Source: Octopus bimaculoides
Lineage: Eukaryota
Length of the DNA stretch: 45,875 nucleotides
Assembly: GCF_001194135.2 (NCBI RefSeq)
Contig: NC_068986.1
Span: 17,152,489-17,198,363, forward strand
Reading direction: 5' to 3'
Position numbers and translations under genes: made by a program. Positions 34,386 through 45,875 of the stretch are shown piece after piece. Under the pieces are notes generated by a model. That model had not been told where the DNA came from. It was given only the letters and a program-made list of their open reading frames with translations, and did not search any database. Positions within the stretch are counted from its first letter, which is position 1, and every line of letters starts with the position of its first letter.

Positions 34386-35298
34386 ATAGATAAATAGATA
34401 GATAAAGAGTGAAGAAGAGATAGAATCTTATATGAGTACCTATCTTTACTTATACATGCTTACATACATACAGACATACATATATACATGCACACATGCA
34501 TACATACGTATGTACAATTCACACATACATACATTCACATACACATATATACATGCATATATACATACATACGTATATATATATATATACGTGTACATAT
34601 ATATACATATTTACATAATACATACAGACACACACATGCCTACATACATGCATACATAAATGTATACATACATACATATAGCCACGCACATACACACACA
34701 TATACACACACAAACATATCTGCTTAGTAAAAGACGATATTTCCGTGTGATGCATTGTAAACAGATGTTAATGCGCCACTATAAAAATATGAATTTATTT
34801 GTTTAGACAAACGTATTCATATGGAGAAGAGGACGTCACAGATAAAAATAAAAGATGAAGAAATGTGCGTATGATTTTTGTTTGCACCGTTTTATACGTA
34901 TGTTTCTGCGTACGTTGTGTTTAGTTGCCTATTGGCGACGTAATTCAAAATATTCATACAAATCTTTAAAATATTGGAAAAAAAAAAAAAAAATAGAAGA
35001 AAATGAAAATTTTCAGAACTTACCAAAGACGAAGATTTTCCCATATTTGTGTAATTTTTATTATTATTTTTATTATTATTATTATCGGGTATTTGTTTGT
35101 TTTCCAATTGACTGTTAGAACATTCAAGTGAGATACAATCCAATTCGGAACGAATAACTATCCGGTGTATTGGCTGGGTATAATATGTTTACCTGTCGAA
35201 GATACGAAATAATAATAATGATAATAATAATAACAATAAAAAAAAATAATAACAACAACAACAACAGCAACAACAATGATAATAATAACAACAACAAT

Positions 35299-35510
35299 GG
35301 TTTCAAATTTCGTCACAAAGACAGCAAACTGAGATGAGGGGATGAGTCGATTAAACGACCCCAGTTTTAAACTGGAAGTTATTTTATCGACCCTGAAGGG
35401 ATGAAAGGCAAAGTCGACCTCGGTGAAACTTGAGCTCAGAATGTGAAGACGGATGAATTGCCGCGAAACATTTTGTCCGGCCTACTAGCTATTCTGTCAG
35501 CATTCCGCTC
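35299..35510 (-). mobile_element. SINE family A, full length, degenerate, (ATT/GTT)n tail
   Basis: Plus strand ttattttatcgaccctgaagggatgaaaggcaaagtcgacctcggtgaaacttgagctcagaatg; tail variant ...aaatttgaaacc runs into the 35213-35298 microsatellite. Confidence 0.88.
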
Positions 35511-36182
35511 TAATAATCATAATTATGATAACAATAATAACGACAATAATATGTTGTGGTCAGCTCCGAATTAAATGAGCATCTTTTACCAATACGCTAA
35601 TCGTCAATCTCACCAACACAAACAATATCTAATCAGCATCTAAGAAAATAATTCACTGTGCATTTGCTCTGCAACAATAATGCTTCGAGCTACACAACTG
35701 AGATGTTGTATACAAAGACAATTGAACATTCCCCGAAAAGAAACAATGCCGCACACAGAGCACAAGAACGTAGTTGTGTACAAATTTGTGTAGTAGATAT
35801 TTGAATAAAACTATGAAAAGCATGTATCTAGCCATTTTCTCCGCCCACTCATCCTGGGAGGCTGGTAGAGGTAGTTGTTCACTTAGATCCGCCATACGGT
35901 TTTAGCAGAAGCAAAGGTTATTACACGTTCCGGCTGCATTCCTAAGCATCACCAAGTGAGACAATGGATATTATGCAACCTTCTTGTTCTTGGCCAACCC
36001 TCAGGTCTCTTGTGCGATTCTTTCATGTATAATTCTTATCGCGAGTTCATTATACCGGGATGTTGAGAAGTAGCGGTTTAACCTGGAGAGACACCCGAGT
36101 TACGAACGCTGTCTAGTAAAGGTTGTCCATAGAACCATCGGAATCATGTGTATTGAATGATTATCAATAATTATAATAATAC

Positions 36183-36869
36183 AAAGCAGCGAGCTGGCAG
36201 AAACGTTAGCACGCCGGGTGAAAAACTTAGCAGAATTCCGTCTGTCTTTATGTTCTGAGCTCAAATTCCGCTGAGGTTGACTTTGACTTTCATCCTTTCG
36301 GGATCGATAAAATAAGTACTAGTTGCGTATTGGAGTCGATCTAATCAATTGTCCCCGTCCTCTAAAATTTCGGGCCTTGTGCCTAGAGTGGAAAAGAATA
36401 TTATAGGGCGTCGAGCTGGCAGAAACGTTAGCATGCCGGGCGAAATGCTAAGCGGCATTTTGTCCATCTGTACTTTCTGAGTTCAAAATNNNNNNNNNNT
36501 GTTCTGAGCTCAAATTCCGCTGAGGTTGACTTTGACTTTCATCCTTTCGGGATCGATAAAATAAGTACTAGTTGCGTATTGGAGTCGATCTAATCAATTG
36601 TCCCCGTCCTCTAAAATTTCGGGCCTTGTGCCTAGAGTGGAAAAGAATATTATAGGGCGTCGAGCTGGCAGAAACGTTAGCATGCCGGGCGAAATGCTAA
36701 GCGGCATTTTGTCCATCTGTACTTTCTGAGTTCAAAATTAGCCGAGGTCGACTTTGCCTTTCATCCTTTCGGGATCGATAAATTAAGTACCAGTTGCGTA
36801 CTGAGGTCAATCTAATCTACTACCCACCGCTCCTCAAAAATTTCGGGCCTCGTACCTTGAGTAGAAAAG
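36183..36869 (+). mobile_element. Head-to-tail dimer of SINE family A inside a 17-bp direct repeat (shown as three part-copies by a probable assembly duplication)
   Basis: Copy 1 at 36183-36396, linker aatattata, copy 2 from 36406. 36251-36489 is identical to 36500-36738 across a 10-N gap. aataattataataatac flanks both ends (36166-36182 and 36870-36886). Confidence 0.9.
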
Positions 36870-36960
36870 AATAATTATAATAATACGCAAATTAGGAGGA
36901 AAAGAAGGATTAGAAGGAAAGACAATATAATCGTAAAGACCAGCTACTGATAAATAAAGC

Positions 36961-37057
36961 AATGTGAGAAAACTACCAACGCAAACAGTCGATGTATACG
37001 CTGACAGAATGTGAGAAAACTACCAACGCAAACAGTCGATGTATACGCTGACAGAAT
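36961..37057. repeat. Perfect 47-bp tandem duplication
   Basis: aatgtgagaaaactaccaacgcaaacagtcgatgtatacgctgacag occurs twice. Confidence 0.92.
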
Positions 37058-37595
37058 AGACTAAAAGAGTGTATGATATTGTATTACATTCAGAGACACG
37101 TCATTATATAAGAGTGTTGGAATTATCCACAATGTTAATAGGATTAATGAAAATTGGCATACCACAATGGGAAACATACTTTGTGTGAAACCACAGCAGA
37201 ATAATCAAATAATCTGCTAAAATTCTTATAAAAATGATATTATTCTAAAGCGGCTCGCTTTCACTTCTTTCGTGTTTCACTCTTTGTTATATTAAGAGCG
37301 GCATTAAACTGTGCAGTGAATGGTTGCAGTGTCCAAAAGGACTATGATTAGAAACTACCTATATATTCGTGATATCAAGCTGTCACTCAATTTGGTGTTT
37401 CAGCTGGAAAATATTTTCGAAACCCTAAAACCGGTCAATACCTTTGAAAGCAGAATGGAGCATCGGCTCGTAAAAAGCGCAATGGAGTCATTAAATACGA
37501 ACGTTCGGTAAACCATGACAAGGAAGCTATAAAGTAATTCAAACATTTAAAGAACTGGCGTATACACACATATATACATATATAGTATATATCTA

Positions 37596-37596
<1 letters not shown>

Positions 37597-37664
<68 letters not shown>

Positions 37665-37665
37665 N
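37597..37665. repeat. (CA)n repeat adjoining a gap
   Basis: Direct reading. Confidence 0.95.
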
Positions 37666-38134
37666 NNNNNNNNNNNNNNNNNNNNNNNNNNNNNNNNNNN
37701 NNNNNNNNNNNNNNNNNNNNNNNNNNNNNNNNNNNNNNNNNNNNNNNNNNNNNNNNNNNNNNNNNNNNNNNNNNNNNNNNNNNNNNNNNNNNNNNNNNNN
37801 NNNNNNNNNNNNNNNNNNNNNNNNNNNNNNNNNNNNNNNNNNNNNNNNNNNNNNNNNNNNNNNNNNNNNNNNNNNNNNNNNNNNNNNNNNNNNNNNNNNN
37901 NNNNNNNNNNNNNNNNNNNNNNNNNNNNNNNNNNNNNNNNNNNNNNNNNNNNNNNNNNNNNNNNNNNNNNNNNNNNNNNNNNNNNNNNNNNNNNNNNNNN
38001 NNNNNNNNNNNNNNNNNNNNNNNNNNNNNNNNNNNNNNNNNNNNNNNNNNNNNNNNNNNNNNNNNNNNNNNNNNNNNNNNNNNNNNNNNNNNNNNNNNNN
38101 NNNNNNTATATATATATATATGTGTATATAGTGA

Positions 38135-38285
38135 GAATTTACAGAAGATAAAGACGGGTGTATAAACAATAAACAGATGTATTAGTTTAACGCTCGGGAA
38201 GTGAGAAAGTTTTTAACGTTTCGAGCCTACGCTCTTCAACCGAAAGGAACACAAAAATAAACAGGGAGAGAAAATAGAAAAAAGT
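38135..38285 (-). mobile_element. ~150-bp hammerhead-bearing repeat, copy 3 of 3 (probable PLE-derived)
   Basis: Homologous by eye to 7785-7930 and 20163-20300; 3' end runs into (TA)n. Confidence 0.75.
38211..38246 (-). ncRNA. Minimal hammerhead-like motif, variant-core family (HHR-3c)
   Basis: Minus strand: CTTT-CGGTTGA-A-GAGC-GTAG-GCTC-GAAAC-GTT-AAAA. Confidence 0.55.
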
Positions 38286-39699
38286 TCACTGGCTAGCGAT
38301 CTATCATGTATGTATATAAAATATACATTCATACATACATACACACAAGCTGTATATCGAAAAAAGGATTAATAAGTCAAATCTATATGTCGTAAAAAAA
38401 AAAAAATATTAAATAGTTTTCATGGTACCGGAAAGCTTCCGACTATAGCTAATCTGGAATCGCTTTGGCCACCAAGAATGTGAGGAGACGGAGTTGCTTC
38501 TAAATTCGTTGTAGACAGCAACTCTAAACCGCCATGCTTGCAGTCTTATTGGCTTGATTATGATCTAAACAAAACGCTTGTATTGACACAATGTCTAGTC
38601 TAAATATAGTCGAAGGGCACAGGAGAGTGCTAGATTAGGTGCTAGAATATTAACAAACCCCCTGGTGGGAAAAGAAAAGAGACGAGGAGGTCGTCTTTAA
38701 ATATATAACGGAAAAAATACATCCTAAGTTGAGTTCTATGGAAAACTAAGATTCACAACAAGCAATTGCAATGGCGATGGAGTCGGGGTTGTTATTGTGG
38801 TTCTTGTTATTAATGATGATGATAAGAAAACTGAGAACAATAGTAGTAGTGGTAGTGGTAGTCGTTGTTATTGTTGTAGTAGTGGTTTCTTTATGAGCCA
38901 CATTTCTAATAAAAGTCAATACAACATAATAAAGGTTTCTAGTAGAAAAAAAAGGCCTTCATATTTCGAGTTGCAACTGACAACGGTTTAAAACCGGTGC
39001 TTTATATTAGATAACAAACATGTCTATGAGTGAGCGGGTGTTTATGTATAGATGTATGCGTGTGTGAGAGTACGTGTGTATTTGTGTGTGCCTGTGCCTG
39101 TGTGTGTGTATAAATAAATAAATATATATATNNNNNNNNNNTATATATGTCCGTGTGTTTGTGTGTCTGTATATATATATATGTATATATACACACACAT
39201 ATATATATATTCATTTATTTATCTATATTACACACACACACACACACATATGTATATACATATATATATTTGTATATATATGTATTTACTTATTTATCCA
39301 TCTATCTGTATTTATATATAACATCTTAATATAAGTATGAATTAAATGAGAATCGTAACGTTGGAGAGATGTCGACAACAAACACGACAACGTTGACAAT
39401 GACGATGTTGACCATATTGATCATGATGATGGCGGTGATCATGATGAGAATGATGATGGGGGTAGAGATTGTGTTGGGGGGTTGAGGAGTTGGTGGTGGT
39501 GGTGGTGGTGGTGGTCTTGGTTGTGGAGACGACGACGGCGACGATGATGATAAGAAAACTGTACCAATGTCTCATTTTGGAATCAATAAGAGGATATTGG
39601 AATATTGGAATTCATTAAGACATATCTCAGACAGTAAATGGCTTTTGAGATATAGATTTCTATGTCTAAGGGGAGACCATTCCCTTTTACCTATATATG

Positions 39700-39736
<37 letters not shown>

Positions 39737-40785
39737 AAATTACAACAATACACATATAGATTTAAATGTGTTTACTAACATATAAGATGCAATATATATA
39801 TATATATATATATANNNNNNNNNNNNNNNNNNNNNNNNNNNNNNNNNNNNNNNNNNNNNNNNNNNNNNNNNNNNNNNNNNNNNNNNNNNNNNNNNNNNNN
39901 NNNNNNNNNNNNNNNNNNNNNNNNNNNNNNNNNNNNNNNNNNNNNNNNNNNNNNNNNNNNNNNNNNNNNNNNNNNNNNNNNNNNNNNNNNNNNNNNNNNN
40001 NNNNNNNNNNNNNNNNNNNNNNNNNNNNNNNNNNNNNNNNNNNNNNNNNNNNNNNNNNNNNNNNNNNNNNNNNNNNNNNNNNNNNNNNNNNNNNNNNNNN
40101 NNNNNNNNNNNNNNNNNNNNNNNNNNNNNNNNNNNNNNNNNNNNNNNNNNNNNNNNNNNNNNNNNNNNNNNNNNNNNNNNNNNNNNNNNNNNNNNNNNNN
40201 NNNNNNNNNNNNNNNNNNNNNNNNNNNNNNNNNNNNNNNNNNNNNNNNNNNNNNNNNNNNNNNNNNNNNNNNNNNNNNNNNNNNNNNNNNNNNNNNNNNN
40301 NNNNNNNNNNNNNNNNNNNNNNNNNNNNNNNNNNNNNNNNNNNNNNNNNNNNNNNNNNNNNNNNNNNNNNNNNNNNNNNNNNNNNNNNNNNNNNNNNNNN
40401 NNNNNNNNNNNNNNNNNNNNNNNNNNNNNNNNNNNNNNNNNNNNNNNNNNNNNNNNNNNNNNNNNNNNNNNNNNNNNNNNNNNNNNNNNNNNNNNNNNNN
40501 NNNNNNNNNNNNNNNNNNNNNNNNNTATATATATATATATATATATATCATTGCATTATATTTATAAGATAGGATTATTGCAATACTAATTCAGGAACGT
40601 GAATTGTGTTTGGATGTTCATATAGATATAATTATAACTGCTTACAGTTATAAGGATATCTCTTTAAATATCTAAACGCACAATCTCTGTGTCACTGACA
40701 TATATACAATGTATGGATGTTTCTCTGTATATGAGAGACAGACGGAGAGTGAAAAAGAGGTTTGGAGATAAGCTAGAGTGAGAGA

Positions 40786-40789
<4 letters not shown>

Positions 40790-40850
<61 letters not shown>
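40790..40850. repeat. (GA)n repeat
   Basis: Direct reading. Confidence 0.95.
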
Positions 40851-40852
<2 letters not shown>

Positions 40853-41128
40853 AGAGGGAAAAAAGAGGGAGAAAGAAGGAGACATAGAGAGTGAGGCAGA
40901 GTAATTGTGAATGAAGCTTTTGGATAGAAGAGTTTGTAGGATTTCACTTATATAAACACAGGCAAACACACACATATACATACCTATACAAGCGCACACA
41001 GACATACACTATCCGCTTATTAAATTTATATATTATATACCACATTATTGTATTACTTGCATTGTTGTATTGAGTTATTTTTCTTTATTTACTTATCATG
41101 TTACGCACACACTCTCACAGACACACAC

Positions 41129-41171
<43 letters not shown>

Positions 41172-41659
41172 NNNNNNNNNNNNNNNNNNNNNNNNNNNNN
41201 NNNNNNNNNNNNNNNNNNNNNNNNNNNNNNNNNNNNNNNNNNNNNNNNNNNNNNNNNNNNNNNNNNNNNNNNNNNNNNNNNNNNNNNNNNNNNNNNNNNN
41301 NNNNNNNNNNNNNNNNNNNNNNNNNNNNNNNNNNNNNNNNNNNNNNNNNNNNNNNNNNNNNNNNNNNNNNNNNNNNNNNNNNNNNNNNNNNNNNNNNNNN
41401 NNNNNNNNNNNNNNNNNNNNNNNNNNNNNNNNNNNNNNNNNNNNNNNNNNNNNNNNNNNNNNNNNNNNNNNNNNNNNNNNNNNNNNNNNNNNNNNNNNNN
41501 NNNNNNNNNNNNNNNNNNNNNNNNNNNNNNNNNNNNNNNNNNNNNNNNNNNNNNNNNNNNNNNNNNNNNNNNNNNNNNNNNNNNNNNNNNNNNNNNNNNN
41601 NNNNNNNNNNNNNNNNNNNNNNNNNNNNNNNNNNNNNNNNNNNNNNNNNNNNNNNNNNN

Positions 41660-41692
<33 letters not shown>

Positions 41693-41916
41693 GTAAGTAC
41701 AGAGACTGGAAAGCAGGCATTATTGCAACATTGTACAATAGAACCTTAGAAATAACTAAGACTTCAGAAGCGAAACAGTGACGTAAATACATGTAATTGT
41801 AATTTCGATTTTGAATGCATAAAACGTATCTGTTAGAAAGTCCTTCATATATATGTGTGCGTACGTGTGTGTGTGTTATTGTGTCCTGTAAATGTATATA
41901 CATACATACATACACG

Positions 41917-41969
<53 letters not shown>

Positions 41970-43235
41970 GTATATATATATGTACGTATGTATTTACATT
42001 TGCGTGTGGAGGTGTTTTCATATGACTTTTATATTTCTATATTTACGTTACTCTTTGCGTGTGTGCACGTAAATAAGTATATACATACATATATATATAT
42101 ACACATTATACACATATATATTTGTGTATCTTTGTGAGAATGTTTAAGCTGCGTGAAGTAAATATTTAAATTATGTCAATATAGGCTTCTCAGTAACAAA
42201 ACATTACTCTTTTTCGCTATTTTAATGGTTCCAAGTTTGCCATGAATGTTGTTGAAACATTCGGTTCTTGCCTCCTATTTAATAAACAAAAGTGTTTTAT
42301 TTTTATCATTTTTTTTTTTTACCTTTTGTACGTCGCTAAGCTAAAGCACCTTACGCGGTAGATACTGTTTTAATTTAATTTCGTCTCAGATTTTATGAAT
42401 TTTTTTGTTATTGTTATTAATGTTGTGTAGCCTTACTTTAGCTCTAACCGAGAATACCAGCAAATCACAGGAGCTCAAGCCTTGATAATATCTTTTACAA
42501 GGCATAGGTTTCGTTTTTGTCCACATGATTTAATGGTCATTTTCGTATATTTGAATGGTACTCTAAAACGCTAAGTAAATTTTTTCTCTACGATTTCTAG
42601 CACGTTTGACGTCCCCATAATTCTCCACCACTGATTTGCCAGGGGTTATTGAAGTAAACTATCCGCTTCTGAATTGGTTGATAAGTTCATGTATGTTTCC
42701 ATGTATGTATGAATGTGTGTGTGAGTGTATGTATGTGAATATATTTTTGCTCGTGTAGTAGGTACGCATCCCTTTAGTACAGACGTGCGTGTGATTCGAA
42801 ACTGCATGCTGGAGAGTGTTTTTGCATTCAGTATGTATAAGCAGTTGTGTGCATGTGCTTAGATCCATCGCTTTTATTTGGATTTCCGTATAGTATATTA
42901 AACAATAGAGGCCCTTTGAAACTTAAACTTTCTCGATCTTAATTCACTAAGGTGGTTGGAATAAATAGGTGGAACATTACAGAAGAAACGAGCGGCCATT
43001 TTTCTTCTAGTTACCTTCATTTTATTTTACTAACGAACATTAAAACTATAATAATCCCTTTACGGATTACTGAGTTCTACCGGAACGGTGCTCATCGCTC
43101 AGGTTATGTAGATACCAAATAAAACTTGGCTCCTGATAAATCGGCGAATTAAAACTTGGCACATGATAAAAGTTCGAAAAACAACGCACCACTAGTTTTG
43201 AATTTTATCACCACCGCTAACACAACAACAATTAC

Positions 43236-43239
43236 AACA

Positions 43240-43280
<41 letters not shown>

Positions 43281-43427
43281 CACTCACGTAACTACAGCGA
43301 ACCACTGCTACCTTACCAACACTAGCGCCAATACTATCATCATAAAATACGTCAAACATTACAGTTACCATTAATGCCCTTTACAATATCACAACAGCCA
43401 TATTCAATAATGCTCCAACGATTATCG

Positions 43428-43460
<33 letters not shown>

Positions 43461-43500
43461 GAAGCAACGGCAACAACAAAAGCAACAACGGCAATTAAAG
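43236..43500. repeat. (ACT)n and (ACA)n trinucleotide tracts
   Basis: Direct reading. Confidence 0.85.
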
Positions 43501-43609
43501 CAAAAACAATCGTCGGGAAAGGAAGCATCTATATGGACGTCCGCCTCGATAGAAATAGCAACAAATCCCACTCAAATCATACATGATTCTCTTAAATAAA
43601 ATGATGTAT

Positions 43610-43843
43610 TTATTTCTTTATTGCCCACAAGGGGCTAAACATAGAGGGGGACAAACAAGGACAGACACAGAGATTAAGTCGATTACATCGAGCCCAGTGC
43701 GTAACTGGTAATTATTTAATCTACCCCGAATGGATGAAAGGCAAAGTCGACCTCGGCGGAATTTGAACTCAGAACGTAGCGGCAGGCGAAATACCGCTAA
43801 GCATTTCGCCCGGCGTGCTAACGATTCTGCCAGCCTGCCGCGT
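43610..43843 (-). mobile_element. SINE family A, full length, alternative 3' tail
   Basis: Plus strand aaggcaaagtcgacctcggcggaatttgaactcagaacgtagcggcaggcgaaataccgctaagcatttcgcccggcgtgctaacgattctgccagc. Tail reads ...tttagccccttgtgggcaataaagaaat on the sense strand. Decayed 15-bp TSD candidate at 43595-43609 / 43844-43858 (12/15). Confidence 0.92.
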
Positions 43844-44017
43844 AATGAAATGACATATTGGATAAGCTAAACTGAATGGTCTACAAAGATCTTCCGAATA
43901 AAAGAAGATTTGGATTAACCAATAATACAACAATAAACGCTTCTTTAGCATTATACTCAGCATCCATTTTTGCCTTTGATATTCGCAATGTTTATACACA
44001 CACACGTACATATTATG

Positions 44018-44383
44018 GCACTCCGTCGGTTACGACGATGAGGGTTCCAGTGATCAGATAAACGGAACAGCCTGCTCGTGAAATTAACGTGCAAGTGGCT
44101 GAGTACTCCACAGACACGTGTACCCTTATTGTAGTTCTCAGGGAGATTCAGCGTGATACAGAGTGTGACAAGGCTGGCCTCTTTGAAATACAGGGACAGG
44201 AAGAAAAAGTGAGAGAAAGTTGTGGTGAAAGAGTACGGTAGGTTTCGGTAGCATCCCATGCAAAGCCTCGTGGAGCTTTCGGGATTTTTGCTCAATAAAC
44301 ACTCACAACGCCTAGTCTGGGAATCGAAACTGTGATCCCACGACCGCGAGTCCTCTGCCCTAATCACTGCGCCATTGCACCTC
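44018..44383 (-). mobile_element. tRNA-derived SINE, family C2 (~365 bp)
   Basis: Reverse complement head gaggtgcaaTGGCGCAGTGAttagggcagaggactcgcggtcgtgggatcacaGTTTCGATTCCcag (A and B boxes). Body ends ...cacgagcaggctgttccg...gaaccctcatcgtcgtaaccgacggagtgcca. Confidence 0.88.
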
Positions 44384-44454
44384 TACACACGCACCTGTAT
44401 ATATACGATCACTCACACACACGCTCACACATACATACATAAAGACACACACAT

Positions 44455-44552
44455 GACGGACTTCTTTCAGTTTCTCTCAACGCAATACACTCGCGTGGCG
44501 TTGGCCGTCCCTGAGTTATATAGTCGACGACACTTGTCCAAAGTGCGGTGGC
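44455..44552 (-). mobile_element. SINE family B, 3' half, degenerate
   Basis: Reverse complement ccgcactttggacaagtgtcgtcgactata...gagagaaactgaaagaagtccgtca, then (TG)n; homologous to 34249-34385. Confidence 0.65.
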
Positions 44553-45634
44553 GTTCATGTTTCTCTCAACGTCCACAGCTAATTAACACATGAAATTACA
44601 TGCAACACATCAGCCCTGAGAACCGTAGTGGTTATATATTATCAGTACAAGGTGTTGAAGTGGCTGCATGTATATTATTACAAGAGTTCATATAGAGATG
44701 AAGAATAAATTCAAAACCCATATATTTACTCCATAAAAATGTATTTTATTTACTGGTCGATGATGATACACAGAATCAAAATGTAGAATCTAGTTGAACG
44801 AAGTAATCTAACCAAGAAAATTCAGAGTTAGAAAATGAAGATAAGACAGCTAAGTGGTGGTTTTCAGTCATGCAGCGTAGGGAAATAGACGGACATAACA
44901 ATGAAGTGAATGGCTCTCAGTCTAATCGACTAAGAAGCAAAGAGCAGGGTTAGCAAGCTGTTTTTATTAATGAAACGCTAGACATTCTAGAAACTTCCAA
45001 GAGAAATGCTAAGCTTCTTGAATAATTAAGAATCACGTCTCATAACACCGACGCTTCGAGAAACTTAGGAAGGGAGGTTACTCTACAATCTTTCTTGCAA
45101 GAGAGATCATTCAACTACCGCTGCAAACCGAGTCATATATTTAATTTGCTGCTGCAGAGTACAACATATTTCACTGGCATTTCACTAACAACCATTAAAA
45201 CTCACAAAATTGTAAGAGTTTTGTATATTCAGTAACAAAATGAAATCTAATTAATTATCCATGTGCATAAATTCTGGCGAAAATAAAAAGTGTTAGGATG
45301 TCCTTAATCTGAGGAATAATAACGGAAGACAATTGTTAATAAGAGCCAAACTCATCCATATTGTGGAGCTGAATAATTGCTAGAGGAACAAATTGACACT
45401 TATGTCTTGTGGCATCAGGAGAAAATTAACACCTGAATATTGACATCAGCATAATCTATAGAAGTGATATAATTGTAGCATTACTAATTACATGATCATT
45501 ACATCACAATTAAGAGAACTCTCTTGAAAGCCTACATACGAAGTGCAATTAGGGAAAGTGGGGATACGATCGCCAGATCAAATTTGCAACTGAAATATAA
45601 CAACAGAAGTTTATTTCCCTTTTTCTCTTACATA

Positions 45635-45856
45635 CGGGGTGGGTGCTGAAAAGCTTCTGGCTTTAAAAGTGTCGCGAATGACCTGGCTGCTGGCCCGAAC
45701 TTCCTAGATCTTTTACAAGGCTTAGAAAACCTGGAGGTTCGCTGTAATTAGTATATGAATCCGAGAGGGAAATATGATCAATAAAAGCATAATTAATTAA
45801 CTGATCTTACTCTATTTTCTTTTACACAAAGTCAGGAACTTTTCAGCAATTCCTCG
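45635..45856 (+). mobile_element. 222-bp mariner-derived MITE (internal deletion derivative)
   Basis: Left TA-cggggtgggtgctgaaaagcttctggcttt versus reverse complement of right TA-cgaggaattgctgaaaagttcctgacttt; TA on both sides (45633-45634, 45857-45858). Interior translates GLENLEVRCN*YMNPRGKYDQ*, a decayed mariner C-terminus (GIxKLxxRWxKCIxxxGxYxE). Confidence 0.88.
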
Positions 45857-45875
45857 TATATGGATATATATATAT

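Noticed and set aside
35653-35895. 80-aa minus ORF (MADLSEQLPLPASQDEWAEKMARY...)
   Set aside because: No recognisable motif or splice context; length within chance expectation.
36251-36738. A true SINE trimer
   Set aside because: The 239 bp on either side of the 10-N gap are identical, typical of an unmerged contig overlap.
38491-38524. GAGTTGC...GCAACTC hairpin as a pre-miRNA
   Set aside because: Arms are only about 12 nt and do not extend; too short.
33234-41698. AGGTAAGT sites (33234-33241 minus, 41691-41698 plus) as donors or recursive splice sites
   Set aside because: A rough calculation gives about one such 8-mer by chance in this much AT-rich sequence on two strands; no linked exon identified.
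44990-45600. Possible LINE endonuclease/RT scraps (FLQERSFNY, RTLLKAYIRS)
   Set aside because: Similarities are too short and not colinear enough to support a call.

Overview
AT-rich, microsatellite-dense eukaryotic DNA from a short-read scaffold, with 16 N-gaps, almost all flanked by simple repeats. The SINE families and repeat density resemble my recollection of octopod cephalopod (Octopus-like) genomes; this is an inference, not a database result. I recognise no intact host protein-coding gene, and most ORFs in the supplied track are microsatellite or N-run artefacts, so the window is probably intronic or intergenic. Supported content: (1) three same-strand remnants of R4/Dong-type restriction-like-endonuclease (RLE) non-LTR retrotransposons next to (TAA)n tracts (about 0.4-3.7 kb); (2) a decayed full-length mariner with 34-bp TIRs (counting the TA) and TA TSDs (24609-26074), and a separate 222-bp mariner MITE (45635-45856); (3) about 17 copies or fragments of tRNA-derived SINEs from several modular families, including a head-to-tail dimer inside a 17-bp TSD; (4) the most interesting signal, at least seven minimal type I hammerhead-ribozyme-like motifs from about four sequence families, of the kind carried by Penelope-like elements and retrozymes. 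These include a head-to-head inverted pair (7615-7725) and a three-copy family with a non-canonical core (A6 replaced by a pyrimidine, plus an extra A after A9). All alignments and folds were done by eye, and catalytic activity is untested.
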